Assembly: GCF_009827135.1 (NCBI RefSeq)
Contig: NZ_CP046534.1
Coordinates: 570,001 to 602,000, forward strand
DNA: 32,000 bases
DNA from: Blochmannia endosymbiont of Camponotus nipponensis
Lineage (GTDB): Bacteria > Pseudomonadota > Gammaproteobacteria > Enterobacterales > Enterobacteriaceae
Direction: 5' to 3'
Under the pieces are notes generated by a model. It was not told the origin of the DNA. It did not search any database and saw nothing but the letters and a program-made list of their open reading frames with translations. How positions within the stretch are numbered: position 1 is the first letter of the stretch; each line of letters starts with the position of its first letter. The translations under genes were made by a program, and so were the position numbers. Below, piece by piece: positions 12,636 through 22,711 of this stretch.

Positions 12636-13550
12636 CTATATAGTGTTTGTGAAAGATAATAATTGTTTATAAGTTAACATAAATACACCTTCTCCTCCGT
12701 TAGATAGTTGTAACCAGTGAAAAGGTATATTTGGATAATGTTCCTTTAGTGCTATTTTTGTACTACCTACTTCACATATTAAAATTCCATTTATATTTAG
12801 ATGATGTATCACATTTTTTAATATTTTTTGAACTACCTTTAATCCATTATTACCTGCAGACAAGGATATCATAGGTTCATGATGAAATTCTTTTGGTAAT
12901 TTACATATATCTGAATTATTTACATAGGGAGGATTAGTAATGATCAGATCATATTTTAATTTTGGTAGTTTGCTAAATAAGTCAGAATGAATTGGGATAA
13001 CACGATGTTCTAAATTGTATAATTTGATATTGTGTTCAGCTATTTTTAATGCATCTATAGAAATATCTATCGCATCTACTTCAGATTTTGGATAAACTAT
13101 AGCGATTGCAATAGCAATACATCCGCTACCGGTGCCTACATCCAGTATACGATATGGATAATGAGGTAGTAGATTATGAAAATATGATGTGATTAGTTCT
13201 CCAATTGGAGAACGAGGAATAAAGACTCGTTTATCTATGTAAAATTTTAAACCGCAAAACCATGCTTGATGAGTTAAATAAGGTACTGGTATGCGTTGAT
13301 TAATACGGTAGTTAACTAGTTTGATTATATTAGTGCGTTCTTTCTGAGTTAAACGAGCTTGGTATATTTCTGTTGGAATATTTATAGGTAAATGCAAACT
13401 AGGTAAAACTAAATGTAATGTTTCATCCCAAAAATTATCAGTACCATGTCCATAAAAAATGGGGTTAGAATTAAATTGACTACTACTCCAACGTAATATA
13501 TCTAATATAGTATGAATATCTGTTAGTGTTTCTTGAATTCTGTTGTTCAT
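12636..13550 (-). CDS. prmB: Ribosomal protein L3 glutamine N5-methyltransferase
   Basis: 304 aa. The SAM motif ILDVGTGSGCIAIA and the catalytic ITNPPYV motif are present. It is colinear with E. coli PrmB/YfcB (GHGTDN.WDE..., ...GGEGVFMLT). Its stop is 22 bp upstream of the aroC start, as in the E. coli prmB-aroC operon. Confidence 0.9.
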   Translation of the reverse strand: MNNRIQETLTDIHTILDILRWSSSQFNSNPIFYGHGTDNFWDETLHLVLPSLHLPINIPTEIYQARLTQKERTNIIKLVNYRINQRIPVPYLTHQAWFCGLKFYIDKRVFIPRSPIGELITSYFHNLLPHYPYRILDVGTGSGCIAIAIAIVYPKSEVDAIDISIDALKIAEHNIKLYNLEHRVIPIHSDLFSKLPKLKYDLIITNPPYVNNSDICKLPKEFHHEPMISLSAGNNGLKVVQKILKNVIHHLNINGILICEVGSTKIALKEHYPNIPFHWLQLSNGGEGVFMLTYKQLLSFTNTI

Positions 13551-13906
13551 AGATTGTAGTTGTTCCTATGATGACATTGATATATGAGTCTATCAGACTG
13601 ATTCTCTTTGAGAATGTAATTTTTTAGGAAGGATTTAGAATATTATATTTTATGATTTTATACAGATATATATAGATAGAAATCCTGATATCATTAGTGT
13701 AATTAGCGTATAATAGTATGATGATTGTAATCATATAATTTGTAGATAAACGATGTTCATTAATTGCATGTATGTATTTCCTATGAAATAGGATTGTAGA
13801 TTGTTTGGTGTAATTGTTTAATATTAATATAGGAGCATTTTTAGTGTAAATAAAATCAGAATAATATGTAGATATATGCATTTATATCTATTGTGAATGA
13901 TACTTT

Positions 13907-13940
13907 TATCATGCTTTGTAAGCATGATATGATTTTTTTT
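13907..13940 (+). terminator. Intrinsic-terminator-like hairpin plus T8, + orientation, orphan
   Basis: A perfect 10-bp stem TATCATGCTT (13907-13916), loop TGT, AAGCATGATA (13920-13929), then TGA and TTTTTTTT (13933-13940). It lies in the 733-bp divergent prmB/fabB spacer, with no recognisable + strand gene upstream. Confidence 0.45.
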
Positions 13941-14283
13941 CACAAGTTTATAAGTCGCAGTGCTTATTTTATTAAAATAGCAAAAGTCTTATAATGAACT
14001 CGATTTCATTATATACGCACCAACATCAACTTTATATTGTAACAAATATGAGTATTAATTACAAGTAATATATTTCATATATTGGATTGTTAATGTAAGA
14101 AACAATGTCCTAAATATAAATACAAACATTTTTGTATTTAAGTAAGTACGATTAACTTTGAATTATTAATTTATTTCTTATGTTAATAATTTCTCCGTAC
14201 AATTAACATGGTAAGTAAATATCTTTAAGGTTTAGTGTGATTTTGATATTAAAAACATTATTATCATGAGGTATATAAAAAAA

Positions 14284-15498
14284 ATGAAACGTGCTGTTAT
14301 TACTGGTTTAGGAATTATATCAAGTATTGGAAATAATCAAAATGAAGTTTTAGTTGCTTTAAAAAGTGGTAAATCCGGAGTCACTTTTTCTCAAGAATTA
14401 GAAGAATCTGGCATGCGCAGTCATGTGTGGGGTAATATCAAGCTGAATACATCAGGATTAATTGATCGTAAGATTGCTCGGTTTATGAGTGACGCATCTA
14501 TTTATACTTATTTGTCTATGGAGCAAGCCATAATAGATTCTGGGTTGTCTGCGGATATGGTTACTAATGATCAAACAGGTTTGATTGTTGGATCTGGAGG
14601 GGGATCTCCACGTAATCAAGTGTCTGGATCTAATGGAATGCGCTTGCGCGGTTTGAGAGGAGTAGGTCCGTATATGGTAACTAAATCTATGGCTTCAGGT
14701 GTATCAGCGTGTTTAGCTACTTTTTTTAAGATTCGCGGGGTTAGTTATTCTATCAGTTCTGCTTGTTCTACATCTACACATTGTGTCGGAAATGCGGTAG
14801 AACTTATTCAATCGGGCAAGCAAGATATTATTTTTGCTGGAGGCGGAGAGGAGTTATGTTGGGAAATGGCTTGTGAATTTGATGCTATGGGTGCGTTATC
14901 TACAAAGTATAATATGACACCCGAAAAAGCATCTCGTCCTTATGATATAACTCGAGATGGATTCGTGATTGCAGGAGGCGGAGGTATAGTGGTAATAGAA
15001 GAATTAACACATGCTTTAAGTCGTGACGCTTATATTTATGCAGAAATTATTGGGTATGGAGCTACATCTGATGGTTGTGATATGGTTGCTCCTTCTGGAG
15101 AGGGAGCAATGCGATGTATGAAAATGGCATTAAGAGATGTCAATGTTCCAGTAGATTATCTTAATGTGCATGGTACATCTACTACAATAGGTGATATTAA
15201 AGAAATTTGGGCTGTTCGTAAAATTTTTGGTGATCAACATCCTGCTTTTTCTTCTACTAAATCAATGACTGGACATGCATTAGGTGCTGCTGGAGTTCAT
15301 GAAATTATTTTTACTTTATTAATGTTAAAATACAATTTTATTGCTCCGAGTATCAATATTGATCATTTAGATCCATATATAAAGAATATGAGGATTGTTG
15401 TTAATAAACCTATTTACTGTAAATTGACAACAGCCATGACTAATAGTTTTGGTTTTGGAGGAACAAATGCCACATTAGTTATGACTAAATATTCTTAA
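14284..15498 (+). CDS. fabB: 3-oxoacyl-ACP synthase I (KAS I)
   Basis: [23 protein letters not shown] matches the E. coli FabB start ([23 protein letters not shown]). The active-site Cys ([12 protein letters not shown]) and both His residues ([18 protein letters not shown]) are conserved. The ORF-track ATG at 14266 adds 6 residues with no counterpart in E. coli. Confidence 0.95.
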   Translation: MKRAVITGLGIISSIGNNQNEVLVALKSGKSGVTFSQELEESGMRSHVWGNIKLNTSGLIDRKIARFMSDASIYTYLSMEQAIIDSGLSADMVTNDQTGLIVGSGGGSPRNQVSGSNGMRLRGLRGVGPYMVTKSMASGVSACLATFFKIRGVSYSISSACSTSTHCVGNAVELIQSGKQDIIFAGGGEELCWEMACEFDAMGALSTKYNMTPEKASRPYDITRDGFVIAGGGGIVVIEELTHALSRDAYIYAEIIGYGATSDGCDMVAPSGEGAMRCMKMALRDVNVPVDYLNVHGTSTTIGDIKEIWAVRKIFGDQHPAFSSTKSMTGHALGAAGVHEIIFTLLMLKYNFIAPSINIDHLDPYIKNMRIVVNKPIYCKLTTAMTNSFGFGGTNATLVMTKYS

Positions 15499-15842
15499 AG
15501 ATTATTAGTATTATTGGTATATAACTAATACTATAATTTACGTATTATATGCGTGTGATGATATAACAATTATTAAATTTGGTGAATCGGCAGTCATTTT
15601 AATCGATATTTTAATGTTAATTTATTTGTTAAAAATATAAGTATTTATCGTATAAAAATTATGTTAGGCATCGTGTTTTTAGAACTTTTTTTTCGATAGT
15701 TATATTTTATGAACGTAAAAATACAAGCAGTATAAGATCATGAACGTTATGTTGCATAATGGTTATACCAATATGTTAAGTATGCGAATCTGAAAAGTGA
15801 TTATTTTATTTTATATATGGTGATTTGGTTGGAGGATTTAGT

Positions 15843-16967
15843 TTGAGAATTTTAGTCGATAAAAATATACCTTATGTTTATAAATTATTTGGTGTAGATA
15901 ATAAAATGATAGTATGTGAAGGGCGTTTTATTTCTGCTAAAGATGTAAGAGATGTAGATGTTTTAATAGTACGTTCTGTAACAAAAGTAAATCAAGCGTT
16001 GCTAGATGATAGTGCTATAAAATTTGTGGGTACTGTAACTGCTGGAGTGGATCATATTGATCAAAATTATTTAAAAAAGTATGGGGTTAATTTTTTTTAT
16101 GCGCCAGGAAATAATGCTGTAGCAGTGGTGGAATATGTGTTTTCGGCATTACTTTGGCTGGCGCAGCGTGATGGATTTTTTTTGCGTGATAAAATTATTG
16201 GTATTGTGGGGGTAGGGCATATTGGTAGTTTGTTGCATGAAAGATTGCATAATTTTGGTGTACATACTTTGTTATGTGATCCACCATTAGCACAAAAAAA
16301 CATAAATAAACCTTGGAGGTCTTTTGCAACATTAATTTCTGAAGCGGATATTTTAACTTTTCATACCCCTTTAATTTATAAAGGGGATTATCCAACATGG
16401 CACATGGTTGACATTGATGTGTTGGAGGCTCTACCTTCTAATCGTATTTTAATTAATACTTGCCGAGGTCCTGTAATAGATAATAATGCTTTGCTAAAAG
16501 TTTTAGAAAATGGTAAAAAATTAAATGTAGTATTAGATGTGTGGGAAACAGAACCAGAATTATCTTTACCTCTTTTGTCTTATGTGGATATAGGAACTGC
16601 TCATATTGCTGGTTATACTATTGAAAGTAAAACGCGGGGTATTATGAAAATATATAATGCATACTGTAATTTTTTTAATATTTTTAAGACAATTAAGTTG
16701 TCTACATTGAATCCTTCTAGCATTTATTATTTGCAAGTACACAACGAAATAGATGAAATACTTTTGTGTAAATTAGTTAAATGTGTGTATGACATACAGT
16801 ATGATGACATTATGTTAAGACGATTTGCTTGTGTATCAGGGGGTTTTGATAAGATACGTAAATGTTATTTGGATCGTAGAGAATGGTCTTCGTTGTGTGT
16901 AGAAACTTATGTAGATTCTAAAAACGAGATGTTAACTCAGTTGGGTTTTAATGTATGTTGCCTCTAA
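15843..16967 (+). CDS. pdxB: Erythronate-4-phosphate dehydrogenase
   Basis: (L/M)[10 protein letters not shown] aligns with E. coli PdxB MKILVDENMPY. The NAD fold [10 protein letters not shown] and the HIAGYT and REWSSL motifs are conserved. I infer a TTG start at 15843, preceded by GGAGGA (15831-15836) with a 6-nt spacer. The ORF-track TTG at 15825 would translate through that SD. Confidence 0.9.
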   Translation: MRILVDKNIPYVYKLFGVDNKMIVCEGRFISAKDVRDVDVLIVRSVTKVNQALLDDSAIKFVGTVTAGVDHIDQNYLKKYGVNFFYAPGNNAVAVVEYVFSALLWLAQRDGFFLRDKIIGIVGVGHIGSLLHERLHNFGVHTLLCDPPLAQKNINKPWRSFATLISEADILTFHTPLIYKGDYPTWHMVDIDVLEALPSNRILINTCRGPVIDNNALLKVLENGKKLNVVLDVWETEPELSLPLLSYVDIGTAHIAGYTIESKTRGIMKIYNAYCNFFNIFKTIKLSTLNPSSIYYLQVHNEIDEILLCKLVKCVYDIQYDDIMLRRFACVSGGFDKIRKCYLDRREWSSLCVETYVDSKNEMLTQLGFNVCCL

Positions 16968-17456
16968 CATTATATTTGTATACAATGTATTATATTATTC
17001 ACATTATTAGTATTTGTACTATGTTATATGTATTAATCGTGGGTTTATTGTGTTAAAGATGATGAGTTTGTAATAAAAAATGTTTTGTAGGGATTGTTTT
17101 ATATATTTTCAAAAATTATCTTTATGCATTATGGTGTTATAGTTTTGTGTGTATTTATTTTTTTAATAAAGTAGTAAAGATAATCTTTCTTTATAAAATT
17201 ACGTTTGTAATCGATTTTAATTAATAATTAAATTACGTTTTGGTTGTTACAATGTTTCTTTTTTCAAAGATATAAATGATTCAGCGTTGTGTTTTGTGTT
17301 AGTATTACGCTGTAAGTTAATACACTGATAATTTACATGTGTGTTTTTGGTTGATTATATATAGTGATATGTTATTTCTTTGATTAAAGATTTCTACTAT
17401 AAAATCAGTATAGTAAGTTCATCATATTTTTTTCTAATATAAAAATTATAATTATA

Positions 17457-18242
17457 ATGCAAAAGTTAGCTTTAGGAATTGAATACGATGGGTCTTTATA
17501 CTGTGGCTGGCAAAGACAAAGAGATGTACCCAGCGTTCAAGTACATGTAGAAAATGCGATAAAAAAAATAACAGCTGAGTCAATAACGGTATTTTGTGCA
17601 GGACGCACCGATTCTGGAGTACATGCTTTGGGGCAAGTCATTCATTTTACCACTTATTCTTGGCGTTCAAAGTCTGCTTGGACTTTGGGTATGAATCGTT
17701 ATTTACCAGAAAGTATTTGTGTACGTTGGGTTAGACTAGTTACTGAAGAGTTTCATGCTTGTTTTAGCGCAACTTCTCGTCGTTATTGTTATGTCATTTA
17801 TAACGGTTGTTTGCGATCTGCTTTATTATTAAAGAAAAGTTGGCATTATAAAAAATATTTGGATATTAATAAAATGTGTAATGCTGCACAATATTTATTA
17901 GGAGAAAATGATTTTTCTGCATTTCGCGCCACAGGTTGTCAATCACATTCAGCGCGAAGAGAATTATATCATCTACGTATTACACGTAAAGGTCAATGTG
18001 TTGTAATAGACATTAAGGCTAATTCTTTTATATATCATATGGTACGGAACATTGTAGGTAGTTTAGTAGAGGTTGGCTGCGGAGAACGTAGGGAAACATG
18101 GATTCTAGAATTGCTAAGGCATTGCAACAGATCGTTAGCTGGGGTCACTGCTCCAGCTAGTGGGTTATATTTGTTAGAGGTGGAATATCCTTTACATTTT
18201 TCTATCCCTTCTGCTTGCATAGATAGGTTGTGGTGTTCATAA
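17457..18242 (+). CDS. truA: tRNA pseudouridine(38-40) synthase
   Basis: 261 aa. LGIEYDGSLYCGWQRQ, the catalytic Asp motif FCAGRTDSGVHALGQV, GENDFSAFRA and HMVRNIVGSL align with E. coli TruA. Confidence 0.93.
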   Translation: MQKLALGIEYDGSLYCGWQRQRDVPSVQVHVENAIKKITAESITVFCAGRTDSGVHALGQVIHFTTYSWRSKSAWTLGMNRYLPESICVRWVRLVTEEFHACFSATSRRYCYVIYNGCLRSALLLKKSWHYKKYLDINKMCNAAQYLLGENDFSAFRATGCQSHSARRELYHLRITRKGQCVVIDIKANSFIYHMVRNIVGSLVEVGCGERRETWILELLRHCNRSLAGVTAPASGLYLLEVEYPLHFSIPSACIDRLWCS

Positions 18243-18590
18243 ATTTTTATGCACTAATAATATTTATTGTTTATATTATACATAAATCTATGAATATATG
18301 TTGTAGTGAGGAATGAAAAAAATAATTAAAATTATTTTTATAATTGCTTTTTACATAATTGAATAATTTTTTAATTTCTGCAAATTATTATATAGAATAA
18401 TTGTAGTAACAACATTAGATTATTACGTTGTTATAGAAAATACATTGATTCTGTTAAGTTACTATATTTTTATAGTGATGTATTTTTTGTAAGAATTTAT
18501 AATGGACGCGGTATTGTAAAAATTACAGTATATGACGATTGGTAAAAGTATATATTTTTGTTAAAAAATTTAAAATTTTAAAGGTTAACG

Positions 18591-19454
18591 ATGAGTTGGA
18601 TTGAACGAATTCTGAATAAAAGCACTATTATTCCTGATAGAAGAATAAATATTCCAAAAGGAATATGGACTAAATGTGATAATTGTGGTCAATTGTTGTA
18701 TAAAAAAGAATTAGAACGTAATTTGGAAGTGTGTCCTAAATGTGATCATCATATGAGAATTTCAGCGAGAGTACGTTTGCATTCCTTTTTAGATCAAGGC
18801 AGTACATTGGAATTAGGAAGTGATTTAGAACCTAAAGATGTTTTAAAGTTTAGAGATGTAAAAAGATATAAAGACCGTTTAATTTCAGCTCAAAAAATAA
18901 CAAAAGAAAAGGATGCATTGATAGCTATGCAAGGTACTTTATATGGTATGAAGGTTATTGCTGCTTCTTTTGAATTTGCTTTTATTGGTGGATCAATGTC
19001 TTCTGTGGTGGGAGCTCGTTTTGTACATGCAGTGAATCAAGCTTTAAAAATTAGGTGCCCATTGGTTTGTTTTTCTGCAAGCGGTGGGGCTCGCATGCAA
19101 GAAGCTCTCATATCTTTAATGCAAATGGCGCGAACTAGTGCTGCATTGGCTAATTTACATAAGCGGTGTTTACCATACATTTCTGTTTTAACTAATCCTA
19201 CTATGGGAGGAGTCTCTGCTAGTTTAGCTATGTTGGGGGATTTAAATATTGCTGAGCCAAAAGCATTGATAGGATTTGCTGGGCCTAGGGTTATTGCGCA
19301 AACAGTTCGGGAAAAATTACCGTTAGGATTTCAAAGCAGTGAATTTTTATTGGAAAAAGGATCCATTGATCTAATTATACGTAGACCAAATTTACGATTG
19401 AAAGTGGCAGGGTTGTTAGCTAAGTTAACTCATAAATCAATACCGAAAGGTTGA
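18591..19454 (+). CDS. accD: Acetyl-CoA carboxylase carboxyltransferase beta subunit
   Basis: 287 aa. MSWIERI...[31 protein letters not shown] carries the Cys4 zinc finger. [16 protein letters not shown] and [21 protein letters not shown] are near-identical to E. coli AccD. The E. coli C-terminal Pro-rich tail is absent. Confidence 0.95.
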   Translation: MSWIERILNKSTIIPDRRINIPKGIWTKCDNCGQLLYKKELERNLEVCPKCDHHMRISARVRLHSFLDQGSTLELGSDLEPKDVLKFRDVKRYKDRLISAQKITKEKDALIAMQGTLYGMKVIAASFEFAFIGGSMSSVVGARFVHAVNQALKIRCPLVCFSASGGARMQEALISLMQMARTSAALANLHKRCLPYISVLTNPTMGGVSASLAMLGDLNIAEPKALIGFAGPRVIAQTVREKLPLGFQSSEFLLEKGSIDLIIRRPNLRLKVAGLLAKLTHKSIPKG

Positions 19455-19539
19455 TCACCGAAAGTATTTATTTAGAAAATTTATATTTTTATTAAAATGG
19501 GGTTTATGTATGGTATATATTGAAAGTGTGTTATAACGT

Positions 19540-20823
19540 ATGAATAAAAATTTATCTGTTCCTACTATACAGTCATCGTTAAAAGAGTGGTTATATTATA
19601 TTGAACACTTAAATCATGCATTAGTCGACTTAAATCTTGATAGGGTAAGGGAGATAGCTGTTCATCTTGATCTGATACATCCTGCGGAATGTGTTATTTT
19701 AGTGGGAGGTACAAATGGTAAGGGTACTACATGTTGTTTATTAGAAACTATTTTATTAAAGAATAATAATACAGTTGGGTTATATACTTCGCCTCATTTA
19801 CTTTCTTATAATGAAAGAATCCGCATTGATGGTAAAGAGTTATCAGATAATGTGCATATTGCAGCAATGTCTGCTATAGAAGATGTTCGTAATCATATTG
19901 CGCTAACTTATTTTGAGTTTGTTACTTTATCTGCTTTATATATATTTAAACAGGTAAAATTAGATTTAATTATTCTTGAGGTTGGATTAGGCGGTAAATT
20001 AGATGCTACAAATATTGTTGATCCTGATATTTCTGTCATTACTAATATTGCAATAGATCATACTGATGTTTTAGGTATACATCGTAATATGATTGCGCAA
20101 GAAAAATCGGGCATTTTTCGTCCTAATAGACCGTCAGTAATTGGTGAAAGTTATGTACCAGTGATTGTAGATAAAATAGCAGAATATTGTGGAACAATAT
20201 TGTTTAAACGTGGGCGTGATTGGAATTTTCGTGTTTATGAAAATAAATGGATTTGGTGGGGATGTTTTAGTTTTCAAAGTGTGTTGTATGATTTACCATT
20301 ACCTATAATTCCGCTGGAAAACGCTGCTACTGTGTTGAGTGTATTGCATTGGTTACCTTTTTTTGTTGATAAAACAGCTATATGTTATGGGTTACGAGTT
20401 GCTACTTTACCGGGGCGTTTTCAAATAGTTACTCGTAGACCTCTTATAATTTTAGATGTAGGACATAATCCTCATGCTGCTAATTATTTAGCTAAAAGAT
20501 TAACTGCTATTCTTTTTAAAAGAAAAGGTAGTGTAAGAGTAGTCATAGGAATGTTAAAAAGTAAGGATATTCAGGGCACTGTATCTTGTTTAAATAATTT
20601 GGTGAATTTCTGGTATTGCGCTGATTTGAATACCCCTTTTTCTGCTCGTGCTGAGGAACTAGCGTCTTGTTTACCTCATCGTAATGTTCAACTGTTTAGT
20701 AACATATTAGATGCCTGGAATCAATCCGTATTAGATGCTACATTTGATAGTGATTGCATTTTGGTATTTGGATCGTTTTATGCTGTGAAACCAATCATAA
20801 AAAAAATAATGAATAGTTGTTAA
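19540..20823 (+). CDS. folC: Bifunctional dihydrofolate synthase / folylpolyglutamate synthase
   Basis: 427 aa. The P-loop GGTNGKGTT, SPHLLSYNERI, ILEVGLGGKLDATNI and LPGRFQ are colinear with E. coli FolC. It follows accD as in E. coli. Confidence 0.93.
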   Translation: MNKNLSVPTIQSSLKEWLYYIEHLNHALVDLNLDRVREIAVHLDLIHPAECVILVGGTNGKGTTCCLLETILLKNNNTVGLYTSPHLLSYNERIRIDGKELSDNVHIAAMSAIEDVRNHIALTYFEFVTLSALYIFKQVKLDLIILEVGLGGKLDATNIVDPDISVITNIAIDHTDVLGIHRNMIAQEKSGIFRPNRPSVIGESYVPVIVDKIAEYCGTILFKRGRDWNFRVYENKWIWWGCFSFQSVLYDLPLPIIPLENAATVLSVLHWLPFFVDKTAICYGLRVATLPGRFQIVTRRPLIILDVGHNPHAANYLAKRLTAILFKRKGSVRVVIGMLKSKDIQGTVSCLNNLVNFWYCADLNTPFSARAEELASCLPHRNVQLFSNILDAWNQSVLDATFDSDCILVFGSFYAVKPIIKKIMNSC

Positions 20824-21467
20824 TTTTATGTTTATGTCTAAGTAATAAGTAGTATTGGGAAAGAGTGATATTTAATAGTTGTTATTAAATAATTTGCGTT
20901 AATTATTTCATGTAATGTAAATAAGGAATAAATATTAAAAACCAATGATTTTAATTATTAAAATATTTTTGCAGTGTATACAGTATATAGTCTTCAGAAA
21001 GCTATTTTTGAATTAGTGATTAATTAAAAAATGGAAAAATTTTATAATGATTTCATGATTTTTATAAAAAATGCATTTTTAAGGAAAATTGTTATAATAG
21101 TATAATAAATTTTAAATTTTGCTCAATTTATATGTTTGATAGTCATAATGGTTATATTTTATGGTTGTAATGAAAATATTAATTAAGAATATCTTTATAT
21201 ATACTGAAATACTTATTATTTATAGTATAAAATTATCGCATTATAATTGTATTGATATGTGAGTATATATGTTGAATTTATGTTATTTTTAATTGTGTTG
21301 ATGTTACATAATAATTAATTGTATTAAATAATTTTATAGTTATATGAAATATATCGTTGAATACATAGTTATAAGTGATTTTTAATAAAATATTGATTGA
21401 TAGCACGATAAAAATGTCTATGGTTGTGGGATAGTTAATTATAGCATTTGATGCTGAATTTTAGCTT

Positions 21468-21941
21468 TTGACAGTAAAGAAAAGAGAAAAGGTGTATAAT
21501 TTGTGTGATACTCATTATTGGGGTTTGATAGCATTTATAGTTGGTGTTTTAGTTTTATGTGTTTTTATGTTACTTTGTGGATACTTATTAGGAGGACGTT
21601 CTTATTCGCGTGCTAAAAATGTGCCATTTGAATCAGGTGTTAAATCTACAGGAAATGCTAGGGTAAGATTTTCAATTAAATTTTACTTAATTGCTATGAT
21701 TTTTGTAATTTTTGATGTAGAGGGAATATATGTTTATATTTGGTCTGTATCTATGCGAGATATGGGTTGGATAGGGTTTATTGAGATTTTTATTTTTGTT
21801 TTTATTTTATTAATGAGCTTAGTATATTTGATAAGAATTGGTATGTTTAATTGGACAGAACAATCATTACAATATGTAGCTCGTGTAAACTATTTTGATC
21901 TCGATACTTTTTCAAGATGTTTGAAAAGTAATAAAAGGTAG
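21468..21941 (+). CDS. nuoA: NADH-quinone oxidoreductase subunit A
   Basis: [45 protein letters not shown] matches E. coli NuoA. An in-frame TAG at 21462-21464 limits the ORF. The only upstream starts are TTG 21468, GTG 21492 (behind a purine-rich AAGAGAAAAG) and TTG 21501. The first ATG is codon 34, inside TM1. The start position is therefore uncertain. Confidence 0.88.
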   Translation: MTVKKREKVYNLCDTHYWGLIAFIVGVLVLCVFMLLCGYLLGGRSYSRAKNVPFESGVKSTGNARVRFSIKFYLIAMIFVIFDVEGIYVYIWSVSMRDMGWIGFIEIFIFVFILLMSLVYLIRIGMFNWTEQSLQYVARVNYFDLDTFSRCLKSNKR

Positions 21942-21946
21942 CAAGT

Positions 21947-22630
21947 ATGAAATACACTTTAACGACAGCTCGAGCAAGTAATAGTGAAGATGAACAATAT
22001 CCTCTTCAAGAGACAAAGATTGTAGCAGATCCGTTAGAGAAACATGTTCAGCGAAATGTTTATTTTGGAAAACTAAGTGTTTTTTTGCATAAAATTGTTA
22101 ATTGGGGGCGAAGTAATTCTTTATGGCCTTATAATTTTGGATTATCTTGTTGTTATGTTGAAATGACTACTGCGTTTACCGCAGTACATGATGTTGCGCG
22201 GTTTGGTTCGGAAGTATTACGTGCATCTCCTCGTCAAGCAGATTTTATGGTTATAGCGGGTACACCATTTATTAAAATGGTTCCAGTAATACAACGATTA
22301 TATGATCAAATGTTAGAGCCTAAGTGGGTGATTTCTATGGGGGCTTGTGCGAATTCCGGTGGTATGTATGATATTTATTCTGTGGTGCAGGGAGTAGATA
22401 AATTTCTTCCGGTAGATGTGTATATTCCTGGATGTCCACCTAGACCTGAGGCATATATTCAAGGTTTGTTGTTATTAAAAAAATCTATTAATGAAGAGCG
22501 ACGTCCGCTTTCTTGGGTATTGGGAGACAGAGGAATATATAGAAGAAATATGCAATCGGAACGTCAACGTAAAAGTAGTACTCGCATGGCAGAAACTGTT
22601 TTATCATCTCCAGATGATGAACTTTGTTAA
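21947..22630 (+). CDS. nuoB: NADH-quinone oxidoreductase subunit B
   Basis: 227 aa. [58 protein letters not shown] (the N2 Fe-S cysteines) are near-identical to E. coli NuoB. AAGG lies 8 nt upstream of the ATG. Confidence 0.95.
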   Translation: MKYTLTTARASNSEDEQYPLQETKIVADPLEKHVQRNVYFGKLSVFLHKIVNWGRSNSLWPYNFGLSCCYVEMTTAFTAVHDVARFGSEVLRASPRQADFMVIAGTPFIKMVPVIQRLYDQMLEPKWVISMGACANSGGMYDIYSVVQGVDKFLPVDVYIPGCPPRPEAYIQGLLLLKKSINEERRPLSWVLGDRGIYRRNMQSERQRKSSTRMAETVLSSPDDELC

Positions 22631-22711
22631 TTTGTACTTAGAATAAAACGGTGAGATATAGTTAATTTTAAGGGTGAATTTTATGCTAATTATGATTAGT
22701 TGGTAGATATT

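Noticed and set aside
13624-13881. An 85-aa minus-strand ORF in the prmB/fabB spacer.
   Set aside because: The translation is extremely Ile/Tyr/Asn-rich and low-complexity. There is no SD upstream of 13881 and I recognise no homology. It is most likely a chance ORF in AT-rich DNA, although the spacer itself is flagged in the findings.
15499-15545. The dyad TAGTATTA/TAATACTA just after the fabB stop, considered as a possible terminator.
   Set aside because: The stem is 8 bp with a single G:C pair, the loop is 13 nt and no T-tract follows. It is not distinguishable from background.
16097-16398. Two minus-strand ORFs inside pdxB.
   Set aside because: They are antisense shadow ORFs.
18035-18220. 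A 61-aa minus-strand ORF inside truA.
   Set aside because: It is an antisense shadow ORF.
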